The notes under the pieces are model-generated. The model did not search any database and had not been told where the DNA came from. It was given only the letters and a program-made list of their open reading frames with translations. A stretch of DNA of 64,000 nt from Squalus acanthias. Lineage: Eukaryota. Position 1 is the stretch's first letter. Each line of letters starts with the position of its first letter. The stretch covers positions 62,250,001-62,314,000 of the forward strand of contig CM059432.1 of assembly GCA_030390025.1 (NCBI GenBank), read 5' to 3'. Below, in pieces: positions 1-13,914 of the stretch. The position numbers and the translations under genes were made by a program.

Positions 1-1129
1 CAATGAAAGGGTTGCTCGCTCCCAGTTCATTGCTGCCATTTTTTCTTATGCGCTGCAGCTACCAGGAACTTAAACCCTGTGGCAGGATTTAGCTGGTGAG
101 GCCAGGAAAAAAACCAAATAAGGATGGCCCTACGTCAAAGAGAGGGCCACCCAGAATCAAAAAGTGTTTATGTCCCAAAAGCCTGCCCCTAAGTGCCTGT
201 TGTTAATAGCTACTCGGGTGTTGAAGTTGCATAATTGGGAGGCCCCTCTCATTTCCATAAATTTTGGGGCACTTAGCTTATGTTAGGGCTTCTAGTGCTC
301 TACACGGTGGCTAGCTGCATTTTGCCGCACTAATAGTCTTGGATGAGTTGTAGGGCTGGAGCTTCCAAGCCAGATAATACAGGTAGCTGGGCTGCCCGCC
401 ATCACATTATCAGCCCCATGGTATGTAAATTATGTTGAATATCATTTTGCTACCCGAGTAGTATCATTGTAATGAAATGATGTTTGGCTCTTAACCATTT
501 CCAAATAAATTCATGGTCCCAAATGCATTTCATGATTGCACTGTCCTTTTATCTCCAAATCTGCTTGGGAATCTGCAGGGAGTTATAAGGCATCTAATGC
601 AAGCTCATAATATGAGACTACCTCCTGTGAGTGTTCTCACACTGCTTAGCATTAGATTGAAACCTAACCCCAGAGTTACATTGCTGCTTTTGTACTGATG
701 TGAATCCAAAAGCACTTTGTATCAGTAGGGAAATGGTAGTATAACTGCAGCTTATGAAATATTAATTACGTTTTCTAGTTTCATCTGACATTTAACTGAT
801 AATTCTTCTACAACTTTCAGTAACAGGATACTTGTTCCAGAGCCCTTTTTCTGGTTTGATGCATACAGCCAAGTGTAAGATTGACCTGAGCATGTCATGT
901 AGTGGCTATGATAGCAAGTAGTAATAATCTTAAAATTAAACTGGCCATCAAAACCAAACTGGCCATCAAAACCATTGTATAGTGTTACCCAAGTTATATT
1001 CAACAAACTTCACTTTCCTTGTTGAGCCTTTAATCATCTGATATATTTACTTGGTAGCTGATTGATCAGTTGAATTGATTGTTTGTACTGTTTAGGATGG
1101 TTGTTAAAAGTTAAGAAATATTGCATAAA

Positions 1130-1365
1130 ATTGTGGGTCTTTGGAGTTCTCTGCCCCGGAGGGCTGTGGATGCTGGGTCTTTGGGTGCATTCAAGGCTGA
1201 GATGGATAGATTTTTGGACTCATGGGGAATCAAAGGATATGGGGATTGGGCGGGAAAGTGGAGTTGAGATCAATGATCAGCCATGATCTTATTGAATGGC
1301 GGAGCAGGCTCGAGAGGCCGTATGGCCTACTCCTACTCCTGCTCCTATTTCTTATGTTCTTATAC
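1130..1365 (+). mobile_element. CR1 3' tail fragment
   Basis: GATCAGCCATGATCTTATTGAATGGCGGAGCAGGCTCG...TTCTTATG tail shared with other copies. Confidence 0.75.
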
Positions 1366-1597
1366 ATGACACTTTTTTTTAAAAAAAATTGTTCAAGGGT
1401 TGTGGTGATGATGGCAAGGCTGCATTCATTGCCCATCCCTTATTGTCCTCAAAATGGTGATGGCCCTTTTGTTGTTAATAATGCTCAAATAGATTAATAA
1501 AAGGAAAAATGCTGCAAAATTAATTCAGCGCTGTTGCGCCATTTGCAATCTAGACTAAAAGTAATGCTTCTAATACACAAGGTGATTTTTTTTCTAG

Positions 1598-1756
1598 CAC
1601 ATAGATTTGCCCATTGATGTGCTTCTGCCTGCTCCAAGTTTCTGCTATGTACTTGCCCCTCTTCCAGGGGAGGGGAAAGTCGAGGTGCTTCAGAATGAAA
1701 ATGTCTCTGACCTCTACCGACCTTCAACACTGCACAATTTAAAGCATATTCTTCAG
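1598..1756 (+). CDS. SPIDR: SPIDR internal coding exon (first visible in window)
   Basis: Polypyrimidine tract and TAG acceptor at 1595-1597; CAG|GTAATT donor. 53 codons HIDLPIDVLLPAPSFCYVLAP...DLYRPSTLHNLKHILQ resemble recalled human SPIDR LPAPNFCYIL...LYQPP...LRDILQ. An alternative acceptor at 1604 is possible. Confidence 0.85.
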
Positions 1757-4194
1757 GTAATTGGATGTTCTGTGAACATGTCAAATAATTTCAAGCTTCT
1801 GTTTAAGGCTTGATTCATATCTTGTTTCTGACAGCACTGTTAACAAAATGTTGATGTTATTTCAGTCTACGTGCCTTTGTATTATTGCCGATTCTAGTAT
1901 AAATCTCCTATCCTTTTAAAATGAAATTGATAAGACAGCACATTCTTCATTGTGCCATGAACTCGCAGACTTAGATGCAAAGCCAGCCTCTGCTGAAAAT
2001 TTGCACTCAGGCTTTTTCCCACATGACGAGCTCCAGATTTTGACTGGGTCATTAGGCACAGAACTTAGTGAGAATATGGTACTGGACCTAAGGGACTGGT
2101 GTACACATAGTATCTACAGATCTCTCTGTGCCTCAGCCAAGAATGGCTTTCTAAGCAGCACAGAGGTGGGTTATATCACCTGTGTCCTCTCAGTCAAGGA
2201 GGGTTGCCTGAGTGCAGGAAGCATAATGGGAAGAGGAAACTGAAAGTTACAACAGGAATAAAATAATTGTTACAAATTCAAGATAGTGATTATTTTGATC
2301 ATTTCACACATCTAGCAATTAATTATGAAGTATCATATTATGTAACCGAGTACTCAGTAATTTATGCTTCTAGTGAGCTACCACTTAAAATACTATTTTT
2401 ATTTTCAAAGTGTTAGGACTGGAGCAGTTTTAATTTCCCACTCGTAAATCACCTGTTCCAACCACCAAAATTATCCCATAGTCACATTTCGGAATTTTTG
2501 ATCATTTCTTTTTCTTCATGAAAAGAATTTTGGGTTTGAGTTATGGGGTTGTGTTATAAAACAAAGTGATTTTGCACAGGTTTAAAAAGGCCACAAGCTG
2601 CAAGCAATCACAATGTGTTATGAAGCCTGATGAGCCATTTTGGAGAAAGTCACAACTCGCAGCCGATTTCAGACTGATACAGTGAGGACATTTAGCCAGG
2701 ATGGCTGGGGGCGTTAAGGAATTCGTCATCTCATTCCAGGTGGTCAACAAATATTCACATTCGCAGTGATGAGGATGATGCCATTCACGTGGGCACAGCA
2801 TAAGATGTCTGTGGAGAATATACCCCTGGGAGAGAGTGTAGTTGGTTTGGTAGCCAGGTCGGTTGGTAAATTCCTGCACGAGAAGATATCGGAGACCTGT
2901 CTTTCTGCTTCCTGGAGTTAATAGAAAGAAAGACTTGCATTTATATAGCATCTTTCACGACCACCTGGAGTTAATATAAAGAAAGAAAGACTTGCATTTA
3001 TATAGTGTCTTTCATGAGCACTGACCCAAAAATCACTTCCGCTGGTGCAGAGTTCGGCTACTACTGCCCAGCAAATGCCCACGAAAACCTTACGCCTGGT
3101 AAAAGCAGGCATCGGGACACCTTTCACCAGCGTATGGGTTAATATAAATGTTAAATTAAAAATAAAAAAATTAAAAATCATACACAAACATTTAAAATTA
3201 GTTTATGTACATTTTGGCCTGGATTAAAATGTTTTAAATTATTTTTCAAAAAATTACATTTTTATTGTAAAGGGACTTTGAATTAAGTTTGAAAATGGGA
3301 ACATTTATTTTTATTCCAGTTGTGTAAATTATTTAATTATTTGGGGATTCCTCATATGCCAATAGGGATTCTGTTCGTAAATGGAATCCCCATAAGCATA
3401 TGAGGAATCCTCCTTTCTGATTGGAGGACCTGGCTCATGTGATCCCAGGGACGTTTCCGAACCGCCTGCGTCCCTGGGATCCGTGGGCCTTTACGCAGGC
3501 ATATACCTGCAGGCCCAGGACCCGAAGTCTCCGAAGCCCAGGAACCAGCAGGTAGGAGTGGATTTTTTTTATCGGGTCGGTAGGCGTACACCGGAGCTAC
3601 GCTTCCGACCACAAATTCCGGCCTACAATCTCCAGTTCTGATCAAAATTGAGTCCTATTGTTACACCCTGGGTTATGTGGTTGTATAATGGTCAGTTGTT
3701 TATATCGCGCCTTTACAACTTCAGGATGCCCCAAAGTGCTTTATCACCAATGAATTACTTTTTAAGTATAGTTACTGTTGTAATGTAGGAAACATAAGAT
3801 GCTCAGACCACTTATGGAAAAGGTGTACCCAAGAGAATATCTAAGGCAGACCTGAAATTTGTAACACACATCATAATTTTAGTATAGCTCAATGGTATTT
3901 TAAAAATATAAATAAAACAGATTAGTATTGTATAAAAATTGGACTCTGTTGCTTGAAAATGGTAAAGGTAAGCATTACAACAATCCCTTTATTTAAAAAA
4001 AAATCCTTTGACCAAAATGAAACTATATGGTTGTTTTTAAGAAGCAGAACATTCCATTTCTTATACAAGCTAATGGTGTTATGTACCTCCAGGATAATTT
4101 GAAGTTCTGACTCTTTATCGTGCAGCAAATATCAATGTATATTTAAAGCAATGCAGCATTTTACTTTGTTAAATCTTTTTCTATCTAATTTCAG

Positions 4195-4254
4195 CACGTT
4201 CCTGAAAGTCAACGATGTAGTTTCAATGCAGAAGTCATTTACAGAAGGCTCCAG
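4195..4254 (+). CDS. SPIDR: SPIDR coding exon
   Basis: ttcag|...|gtatga, 60 nt, phase 0/0. HVPESQRCSFNAEVIYRRLQ resembles human RCSFYATVIYQKPQ. Confidence 0.88.
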
Positions 4255-4355
4255 GTATGAACAGATTCATTCAGCTAAAATGCTTCTTAAAATGCCGAGG
4301 TACATTATCACTATTTTTTACACTCATGTAGGGTTACTAAATAGATATTTGATCA

Positions 4356-4760
4356 TCAGTGGTAGCACTCTCGCCTCTGAGTCAGAAGGTTGTGGGTTCA
4401 AGTCCCATTTCAGTGCAGTATTGAGGGTGTGCTGCACTGCCGGAGGTGCCGTCCTTTGGATGAGGCATTAAACCGAGGTCCCGTCTGCCCTCTCAGGTGG
4501 ACGTAAACGATCCCATGACACTATTTCGAAGAAGAGCAGGGGAGACTCCCTGGTGTCCTGGCCAACATTAGTGCCTCAATCAACACCACTAAAACATTAT
4601 CTGGTTATTAATGCATTGCTGTTTGTGAGACCTTGCTGTGTGCACATTGGCTGGCGTATTTCCTACATTATACCTCAAAAAGTACTTAATTGGCTGTAAA
4701 GCACTTTGGGAGGTCCTGAGTTTGTGAAAGGCGCTATATAAATGTAAATTATTCTTTTCT
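4356..4760 (+). mobile_element. tRNA-headed DeuSINE (SacSINE1-like) with L2-type tail
   Basis: AGTGGTAGC...GGTTCAAGTCC A/B boxes, GTGCTGCACTG.CGGAGGTGCCGTC core, GGCGCTATATAAATG tail. Confidence 0.75.
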
Positions 4761-5454
4761 TTTTATGTTCTTTCATTTGCATAATTTATTCAATTGTTTG
4801 AATGTTGCTGCTCTACTCTGTGCGGAGCCTGTCTCATTTAGTGCTTTGAAAGTTGGATGTTGGCTGTCCTGGTTTATCCCATGCATCTATAAATGTCCAT
4901 TAATTTGATCTTGAATTTTGGATCCGAAGAGTTTTCCTACAAATTATGTTAGAATAACGTATTTATCCTTCTCTGCCTGATGTTATATTGGCCACTCTTT
5001 CATTCTACTGATCAGTTTTGTGCTGGGACCACTGTTTTCCATGTTCCATTGTGGCTTCTACCACATAATTTTAGATTAGAAAAGCACCACTGGAAGAGCT
5101 GAGCAGAATTCACCAGCACTTGAAACAGGTGGGGAGGTATAAATTTTAAAAGACCAATGCATTACTCAACCATTTAAAAAGAATGTGCTATAAAGCAAAT
5201 TTTTGTTTAGGTCTTTCACTTTCATTGTTGCATGTATTCTTCCCTGTCCAAAACGGGCACTCTGAACAGAACGTTGCTCAGCTGTTTAAAATGCCGGTGA
5301 ATGCTGCATGCAATGTTGGTTTTGGTTATCTCCAGCATTTTCTGTTTTTATATTAAAATATATAGACTTGTTGATTTTTTGTTATCTATAGCATACTGGT
5401 ACAAATATGCTATTGCCGAGTTCTCACCATCAACATATTGGTGGTCGCTATTAA

Positions 5455-6020
5455 CTAGAAGATTAACTGGACCAGCTGTATCAACACCGTGGCTGCAAGA
5501 GCAGGACAGAGGCTGGGTACTCTGAGTGGCTCACTTCATGAACCCTCAAACCTTTCCAACATCTACAAGGCTTATGTCAGGAGTGTGATGGAATATTCAC
5601 CACTCACATGGTACAGCCGCAACAACACTCGAGAAGCTTGACGCCATCCAGTACAGAGCAGTTTGCTGGCTGCAGAACTCAATATCTACCCCCTCCATCA
5701 TTATTGCACTGTGGCTACAGTATGTACAATCTAAGAATGCACCTCCTTTCCCAGTGATCGCTATCACAAAAAAAACAAGAGCAGAAATGTCGTGGGAACA
5801 CCATCACCTCCAAGTTCCCTTCCAAGTCACACGCCATCCTGATTTAGACATACATCGCTGTCCCTTCATTGTCACGAGGTCAATATCCTAACACTATCAT
5901 GGGAGCACCATCAGCACAAGGACTGCAAAGTTCATGGAACAGTCCCACCACAACATTCCTGGATGGGCAATAAATAAGGCCCTGCCAACGTTGTCCACAG
6001 CCTGCGAACAAATTTAAAAA
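5455..6020 (+). mobile_element. 3' fragment of the 50250-type LINE
   Basis: Colinear with 53090-53690 (AGAGCAGG.CAGAGGCTGGGTA, GGAACACCATCACCTCCAA, AAGTCACAC). Confidence 0.75.
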
Positions 6021-7087
6021 TGTGCACCTAGTACGAAAGTAAATGCAGCACTCATGGTTTGTTAAATAATTTAGAGTTAATGAAAATGTTCATTAGTTTT
6101 AGATCATCTGGCCATGTTTCTTAGACATTTTGTGCGATTGATGAGGCTATTGCTGAAAATTAAGACTTCTGCATTAACAACTTTCCCAGTGTCCCTTAAC
6201 AGAACTGAATCTTCTCAACAGAGCAGTTTGTTTTGTACAAATATATCCCAATTCCTGTTTTGAGAAGAACTCACGAATGAAATGCTTCCCAAATGTTCAG
6301 ATGCTGTTTAATCAAAACATGTTGATGTTTGTCTGCTCAGTGTTTGTACTCTGTACAAGTGCATTTGCTGCTGATCTAAAGAAAACATTGGTTATTGTGA
6401 TTTCATTCTTCTTGACAGCTCAGTAAAAATAATTTTACACTTCTAAGCATCTTCATTTGAATATTTCAAAATGGGTAAAATCCATATTTTCGGCTTGCTG
6501 AGATTTGGAATTGTCACATGACCAGTTATACTTTAGCAGCAATTGCAATTATGTTTTAACATGTAACATTTCAGATATTTAAGCACAAAAAATCTAGGCT
6601 AATCTGGGAACTCAGAGCTTGCTGTTGTTACAGCCAACTTTTATGTTGGTGGATATCTTTATGCCATGGAATATTTTGGAGGATAGAAGGAAATCCACAA
6701 TGAAGACCCAGATACTAGTTTGGAGAGCAAGCTCAATTACAGGGAAAATGTCAAAAGAAAAGGAGACGTACCAGTAAGAATTTGAAAGAAAGGCCTGCCG
6801 AGAAATCCAGCATAAATGGTGGGACATGAGTGATCGAGTGTTGCTGGCAGAAAAATAAACTGCCAAAATACAACTGCAAATAAATCATTGATTTTTGGGT
6901 TAACATGGTTCAAATGGGAGAAAAATATAACAAACATTTGTTTTAATCTGTATATTTACATAGGATTACATAGGATATACCGCACAGAAACAGGCCATTC
7001 AGCCCAACTAGTCCATGCCGCCGTTTATTCTCCACTCGAGCCTCCTCCCGTCTTTCCTCGTCTAACTTTAATAAGGGGAAAAAAACA

Positions 7088-9756
7088 CTAGTGGGAGTAG
7101 TATATAGGCCTCCTAATAGTTGCAACTCTGCTGGAAGAAGTATTAATCAGGAAATAGTTGGGGCACGTAATAAGGGAACAGCTATAATTATGGGGGATTT
7201 TAACTATCATATTAACTGGACAAATCAAATTGGGCAGGGCAGCCTTGAGGAAGAGTTTATTGAGTGTATTAGGGATGGATTTCTTGAGCAGTATGTAACT
7301 GATCCTACAAGGGGGCAAGCAACCTTGGACCTGGTCCTGTGTAATGAGTCAGGATTAATTAATAATGTCCTAGTTAAGGATCCCCTTAGAATGAGTGACC
7401 ATAACATGGTTGAATTCCATATCCAATTAGAGGGTAAGACGGTTGGTTCTCAAACAAGCGTACTGAGCTTGAATAAAGGAGACTATGATGGTATGAGAGC
7501 GGAATTGATTAAAGTGGACTGGGAAAATAGATTAAAGGGTAAGACGGTACATGAGCAGTGGTGTTCATTTAAGGAGTTATTTTACAACTTTCAAAAAAAA
7601 TATATTCCACTGAGGAAAAAAGGGTGTAAAAGAAATGACAGCCATCCGTGGCTAAGTAAAGAAATTAAGGATAGTATCCGACTAAAAACAAGGACATATA
7701 AGGTAGCCAAACTTAGTGGGAGGATAGAAGATTGGGAAGTCTTCAAAAGACAGCAAAAAGTAACTAAAGGATTGATTAAGAAAGGGAAGATAGATTATGA
7801 AAATAAATTAGCAAAAAATATAAAAACAGATAGCAAGAGTTTCTATAGTTATATAAAAAGAAAAAGGGTGGCTAAGGCAAACGTAGGTCCCTTAGAGAAT
7901 GAGACCGGGAAATTAATGGTGGGAAACATGGAGATGGCAAAAATGCTGAACAAATATTTTGTTAGTCTTTACGGTAGAGGACACTAAGAATATCCCAACA
8001 CTGGACAAACACGGGGCTCTAGGGGGGGAGGAGCTAAATACGATTAAAATCACTAAGGAATTGGTACTCAGTAAAATAATGGGACTCAAGGCGGATAAAT
8101 CCCCTGGACCTGATGGCTTACATCCTAGGGTCTTGAGGGAAGTGGCAGTAAGGATTGTGGATGCTTTGGTAATAATTTTCCAAAATTCCCTGAACTCAGC
8201 AAAGATCCCGGCAGATTGGAAAACTGCTAATGTAACACCCTTATTTAAAAAGGGTAGTAGGCAGAAGGCTGGAAATTATAGACCAGTTAGCCTAACATCT
8301 GTGGTGGGTAAAATTTTGGAGTCTATTATTAAGGAGACAGTAACGGAACATTTAGATAAACATAATTTAATAGGACAAAGTCAGCATGGCTTTATGAAGG
8401 GGAAGTCATGTCTGACAAATTTGCTTGAGTTCTTTGAGGACATAACGTACAGGGTGGATAAAGGGGAACCAGTGGACGTAGTGTATTTAGACTTCCAGAA
8501 GGCATTTGACAAGTTGCCACATAAAAGATTATTGCTCAAGATAAAAAATCACTGGATTGGGGGTAATATTCTGGCATGGGTGGAGGATTGGTTATCTAAC
8601 AGGAAGCAGAGAGTTGGGATAAATGGTTCATTCTCGGACTGGCAACCAGTAGTCAGTGGTGTTCCGCGGGGGTCGGTGCTGGGTCCCCAACTCTTTACAA
8701 TCTATATTAACGATTTGGAGGAGGGGACCGAGTGTAACATATCAAAGTTTGCAGATGATACAAAGATGGGAGGGAAAGTAGAAAGTGAGGAGGACATAAA
8801 AAACCTACAAGGGGATATAGACAGGCTGGGTGAGTGGGCGGAGATTTGGCAGATGCAATACAATATTGGAAAATGTGAGGTTATGCACTTTGGCAGGAAA
8901 AATCAGAGAGCAAGTTATTATCTTAATGGCGAGAAACTGGAAAGTACTGCAGTACAAAGGGATCTGGGGGTCCTAGTGCAAGATAATCAAAGTTAGTATG
9001 CAGGTGCAGCAGGTGATCAAGAAGGCCAACGGAATGTTGGCTTTTATTGCTAGGGGGATAGATTATAAAAACAGGGAGGTATTGCTGCAGTTATATAAGG
9101 TATTGGTGAGACCGCACCTGGAATACTGCATACAGTTTTGGTGTCCATACTTAAGAAAAAACATACTTCCTCTCGAGGCAGTACAAAGAAGGTTCACTCG
9201 GTTAATCCCCGGGATGAGGGGGTGGACATATGAGGAGAGGTTGAGTAGATTGGGACTCTACTCATTGGAGTTCAGAAGCGTGAGAGGCGATCTTATTGAA
9301 ACATATAAGATTGTGAAGGGGCTTGATCGGGTGGATGCGGTAAGGATGTTCCCAAGGATGGGTGAAATTAGAACTAGGGGGCATAATCTTAGAATAAGGG
9401 GCTGCTCTTTCAAAACTGAGATGAGGAGGAACTTCTTCACTCAGAGGGTAGTAGGTCTGTGGAATTTGCTGCCCCAGGAAATAAATTTAAAACAGAAATA
9501 GACAGTTTCCTAGAAGTAAAGGGAATTAGGGGTTACGGGGAGCGGGCAGGAAATTGGACATGAGGCTGAGTTCGGATCGGTCGAGGCCCTGTGGGTGGCG
9601 TAGCGGGCCCAGGGGCTGAGTGGCCTGGTCCTGCTCCTACTGCTTGTGTTCTTTAGATTTGAGGTGAGGATCAGATCAGCCATGATCTTATTGAATGGCG
9701 GAGCAGGCTCGAAGGGCCGATTGGCCTACTCCTGCTCCTATTTCTTATGTTCTTAT
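7088..9756 (+). mobile_element. 5'-truncated CR1 LINE (APE endonuclease C-half, RT, 3' tail)
   Basis: YRPP, MGDFNY, SDHNM, KSPGPDG, NYRPVSLTS, YLDFQKAFD, GSVLGP, FADDTK; frameshifts near 7965 and 8995; TTCTTATG tail. Confidence 0.93.
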
Positions 9757-12700
9757 GTTTATCAGCATAATCCTCTACTCCCTTCTCCCTCATATGCTTA
9801 TCTAGCCTCCCCTTAAATGCATCTATACTATTCGCTTCAACCACTCCCTGTGGTAGCAAGTTCCACATTCTCACCACTCTCTGGGTAAAGAGGTTTCTTC
9901 TGAATTCCCTATTTGATTAATTGATAACTAATCTTATATTGATGGCCTCTAGTATTGCTCTTCCCCACAAGTGGAAACACTCTCTCTGTATCTACTCTAT
10001 CAAAACCTTTCATAATTTTAAAGATCTCTATTAGGTCACCCCTCGGCCTTCTCTTTTCAAGAGAAATGAGACCCAACTTGTTCATCCTTTCCTGGTAGGT
10101 ATACCCTCGCATTTCTGGTATCATCCTTGTAAATCTTTTTTGCACCCCCTCCAGTGCCTCTCTATCTTTTTTATAATATGGCGACCAGAACTGCACGCAG
10201 TGCTCCAAGTGTGGTCTAACCAAGGTTCGTTACAAGTTTAGCATAACTTCACTACTTTTCAATTTGTGTATTTGTACTCCGAGATCCCTTTACTCCTCTA
10301 CCCCATTTAGATTCGTATTTTCCAAGTAATATGTGACCTCCCTATTTTTCTTATCAAAATGTAATACCTCACATTTATCTGTGTTGAAATTCATTTGCCA
10401 ATTATATGCCCATTCTGCAAGTTTATTAATGTCATCTTGTAATTTGTTGCAGTCCTCCTCAGTATTGACTATCCCCCCCCCAATTTGGTGTCATCCGCAA
10501 ATTTAGAAATTGTATTTTTGATTCCGAAGTCTAAATCGTTAATATAAATTGTGAACAACCATGGTCCCAGCACTGATCCTTGTGGAACACCATTACCCAC
10601 CTTCTGCCACTCTGAATAGCTACCCTTCACCCTTACTCTCTGCTTTCTGTCTTGAAGCCAACTAGCTATCCATTCTGCTACTTGGCCCCTGACCCCGCAT
10701 TCTGTGACCTTATTCATTAGTCGATTATGTGGTACCTTCTCGAAGGCCTTTTCAAAATCTAGATAAATTACATCATCTGCATTACCCTTGTCTACTCTCT
10801 CTTATTTATTTTAAATGTAGTTATCTCATTACTAATCTCATCATCCGTTGTCTTGTCCACCTGTTCTGTCTCCCTAGTAAATATTGAAGCAAAGTAATTA
10901 TTTAATATGTCTGCCATCTCTCTATCACTGCCTGTTATATTATCCTGTCCATCCCTTAGTGGCCCTATTCCCATCCCAACTTTTTTTTATTCATGTGCCT
11001 ATAAAATATTTTACTATTTTGTTTTATGTTCCTTGATAATTTAATTTCATAGTTCCTAAATTATTTTTTTGACTTCTCTCCTAATCTCTTCGTATTCTCC
11101 CTGCTGTCTATGTACTTAGTATATGCCTCTTTCCTTACCCTCAATTTTTCCCTTATGTCTTTATTCATCCCTGGTATCTCATTAGTGTTTGGCTTGTTCT
11201 TGTTTTTTAGCTGTATATATTTTTCCTGGACTCCGTTGAACACCGTTTTAAATGTTTCCCACTGCTGTTCTACATCATTATTTGCCAGTATTGTTGTCCG
11301 TTTTATTTTCCCAAGTTCTATTCTCAGTCCCTCAAAATCGGCTTTTCTCCAATCTATTTGTCATACTTCTGTCCTTCTCAATTATTATCTTAAAGCATAT
11401 TATATTTTGGTCACTATTGCCTAGATGTTCCCCTACTTTTACTTCTTAACATAGAAACATAGAAAATAGGAGCAGGAGTAGGCCATTCGGCCCCTCGAGC
11501 CTGCTCCGCCATTCGATGAGATCATCCAAACTCAGTACCCTGTCCCTGCCTTCTCCCCATATCCCTTGATACCTTTAGCCTTAAGAAATATATCTAACTC
11601 CTTCTTGAATATATTTACTGACTTGGCCTCAACTGCCTTCTGTGGTAGAGAATTCCACAGGTTCACCACTCTCTGGGTGAAGAAATTCCTCCTCATCTCT
11701 GTGTTAAATGGCTTACCCCTTATCTTTAGACTGTGACCTCTTGTTCTGGACTCACCCGCCATCGGGAACATCCTTCCTGCATCCAGTCTGTCTAGCCCTG
11801 TTAGAATTTTATAAGTTTCAATGAGATCTCCTCTCATTCTTCTAAACTCCAGCGAGTATAAGCCCAATCGACCCAATCTCTCCTCATACGTTATTCCTGC
11901 CATCCCAGGTATCAGTCTGGTAAATCTTCGCTGCACACCCTCCATGGCAAGACCATCCTTCCTCAGATAAGGCGACCAAAACTGCACACAATACTCAAGG
12001 TGTGGTCTCACCAAGGCCCTGTACAGCTGCAGCAAGACATCCTTGTTCCTGTACTCAAACCCTCTCGCTACGAAGGCCAACATACCATTTGCCTTCTTAA
12101 CCGCCTGCTGTACCTGCATGCTTACCTTCAGCGACTGGTGCACAAGGACACCCAGGTCTCGTTGCACTTCCCCTTCTCCCAATCTATTGATGTTCAGATA
12201 ATCTGCCTTTCTGTTTTTGCCACCAAAGTGGATAACCTCTCATTTATCCACATTATACTGCATCTGCCATGCTTCTGCCCAATCACCCAACCTGTCCAAA
12301 TCATACTGGAGTTTCTTGGCATCCTCCTCGCAGCACACACGCCCACCCAGCTTTGTGTCATCTGCAAACTTGGAGATATTACATCTAGTTCCCTCGTCTA
12401 GATCATTAATATATATATCTGCTCTGGTTCATTCCCCATTACTAGATCCAATAGCGAATCCTCCCTTGTTGGGCTTCTTACATACTGGGTTAGAAAGGAG
12501 TCCTGTACACATTGTAGGAACTGCATTCCCTTTTCCCCTTTACCTACCTCTTCTGGCCAATTAATATCAGTAGTTGAAATCCCCCATGATTATTATTCTA
12601 TGTTTTTTACTCATTTCCCTAATTTGTTTGCATATTTCTTTCTCCGCCTCCCTTCCACTATTAGGTGGTCTGTAGACTACCCCTATTAGTATGATTGATC

Positions 12701-13900
12701 CTTTTATTATCTTTTATCTCTATCCACATGGATTCTATTTCTGTCTTGCTGATAGCTGTGTCACTTTTTTCTACTGCCATTATGTTATCCCTAGTAAGTA
12801 CAGCAACTCCACCTCCCCTTTTTCCCCCTCTATCTTTTCTAAATATGTTATACCCTGCAATGTTTAATTCCCAGTCCTGATTTTTCTGTAGCCATGTCTC
12901 AGTAATCCCTACTATGTCTGGTTCCTTGCAACGTATTGCCTCCAGTTCCCCTGTTTTATTACGGACACTGTGTGCATTGCTGTACAGACAGTTTAACTCA
13001 TTTTTAATAGCAGTTCCTCTCACTTTATTTTTAACCATCTTTTTACACTCCTGTTCTATAACTCTATTTATTCCCTGGCCATCATTGTCCTCCCTTACTT
13101 TATTCTTTCCTATGCTCTCCTTTCCTGTTTTGTTTATATTTAGTCTGGTTTCATTTCTTGTAGATCCCTCTCCCCCGTCTTACTAGTTTAAAGCCTTTAC
13201 CACCTCCCTATTTACCCTTCCCATCCCGGTTCATGTACAGCTCCTTCCTGTCCCAGTACTGGTGCCAGTATCCCATGAAAAGGCACCCCTCTTTCCCACA
13301 CCAGCCCTTTAGCCACGTGTTAATTCTCCTGATCTGACTGTTTCTATTCCAATTTGCACGTGGCTCAGGCAATAATCCAGAGATTATTACCCTCGAGGTC
13401 CTGCTTTTTAATTTAGCTCCTAACTTCTGATACTCCCTCAGATGGACCTCCTTCCTGTTCCCACCTATGTTGTTTGTTCCAACATGGACCACGACAACTG
13501 GATTTTCCCCCTCCCTTTCCAAATTCCTCTCCAGCCGCCATGAGATATCCCTTACCCTGGCACCGGGTAGGCAACACACCCTTCGGGATTCTCGTTCGTG
13601 GCTGCAGAGGACGCTATCTATCCCCCTAATTATAGAATCCCCTATTACTTCCATATTTCTATTCTGAAATCCCCCCCACCCCCCCACCTAACTTGGGCAG
13701 CCTTCTGAGCCATGGTGCCATGGTCTGCGTTGTGGCTGCCCTCCCCACAGTCTTTCTCCTTGTCCTCACAGGTAGCGAGTACATCGTACCTGTTGGACAG
13801 GACCAGTGTCTGCGGGACCTGCTTCTCAACCTCTCCTAAGTCCCTGCTACCCGGCTTCCTAACAGTCACACCTTCCCTTTCCTGAATTTGGTCTCAGGAT
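9757..13900 (-). mobile_element. Fragmented CR1 LINE with esterase-type ORF1, interrupted by a younger CR1
   Basis: ORF1 VIGDSIIRG...CCLPGARV...VHVGTNN (13208-13687); endonuclease PDIVGITETWL (12661-13038); RT pieces 9909-10717. Confidence 0.88.
11449..12417 (-). mobile_element. Nested CR1 3' fragment
   Basis: Intact C-terminal ORF 11532-12182; (CATAGAAA)n tail at 11449. Confidence 0.88.
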
Positions 13901-13914
13901 GTGACTGGCAAGGC

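Noticed and set aside
2907..3020. Short direct duplication CCTGGAGTTAATA...GACTTGCATTTATATAG
   Set aside because: Duplicated SINE/L2 tail remnant; ordinary.
4356..4410. tRNA gene (also near 42105, 45350 and 63290)
   Set aside because: A/B-box heads continue into SINE cores and tails; no full cloverleaf is apparent.
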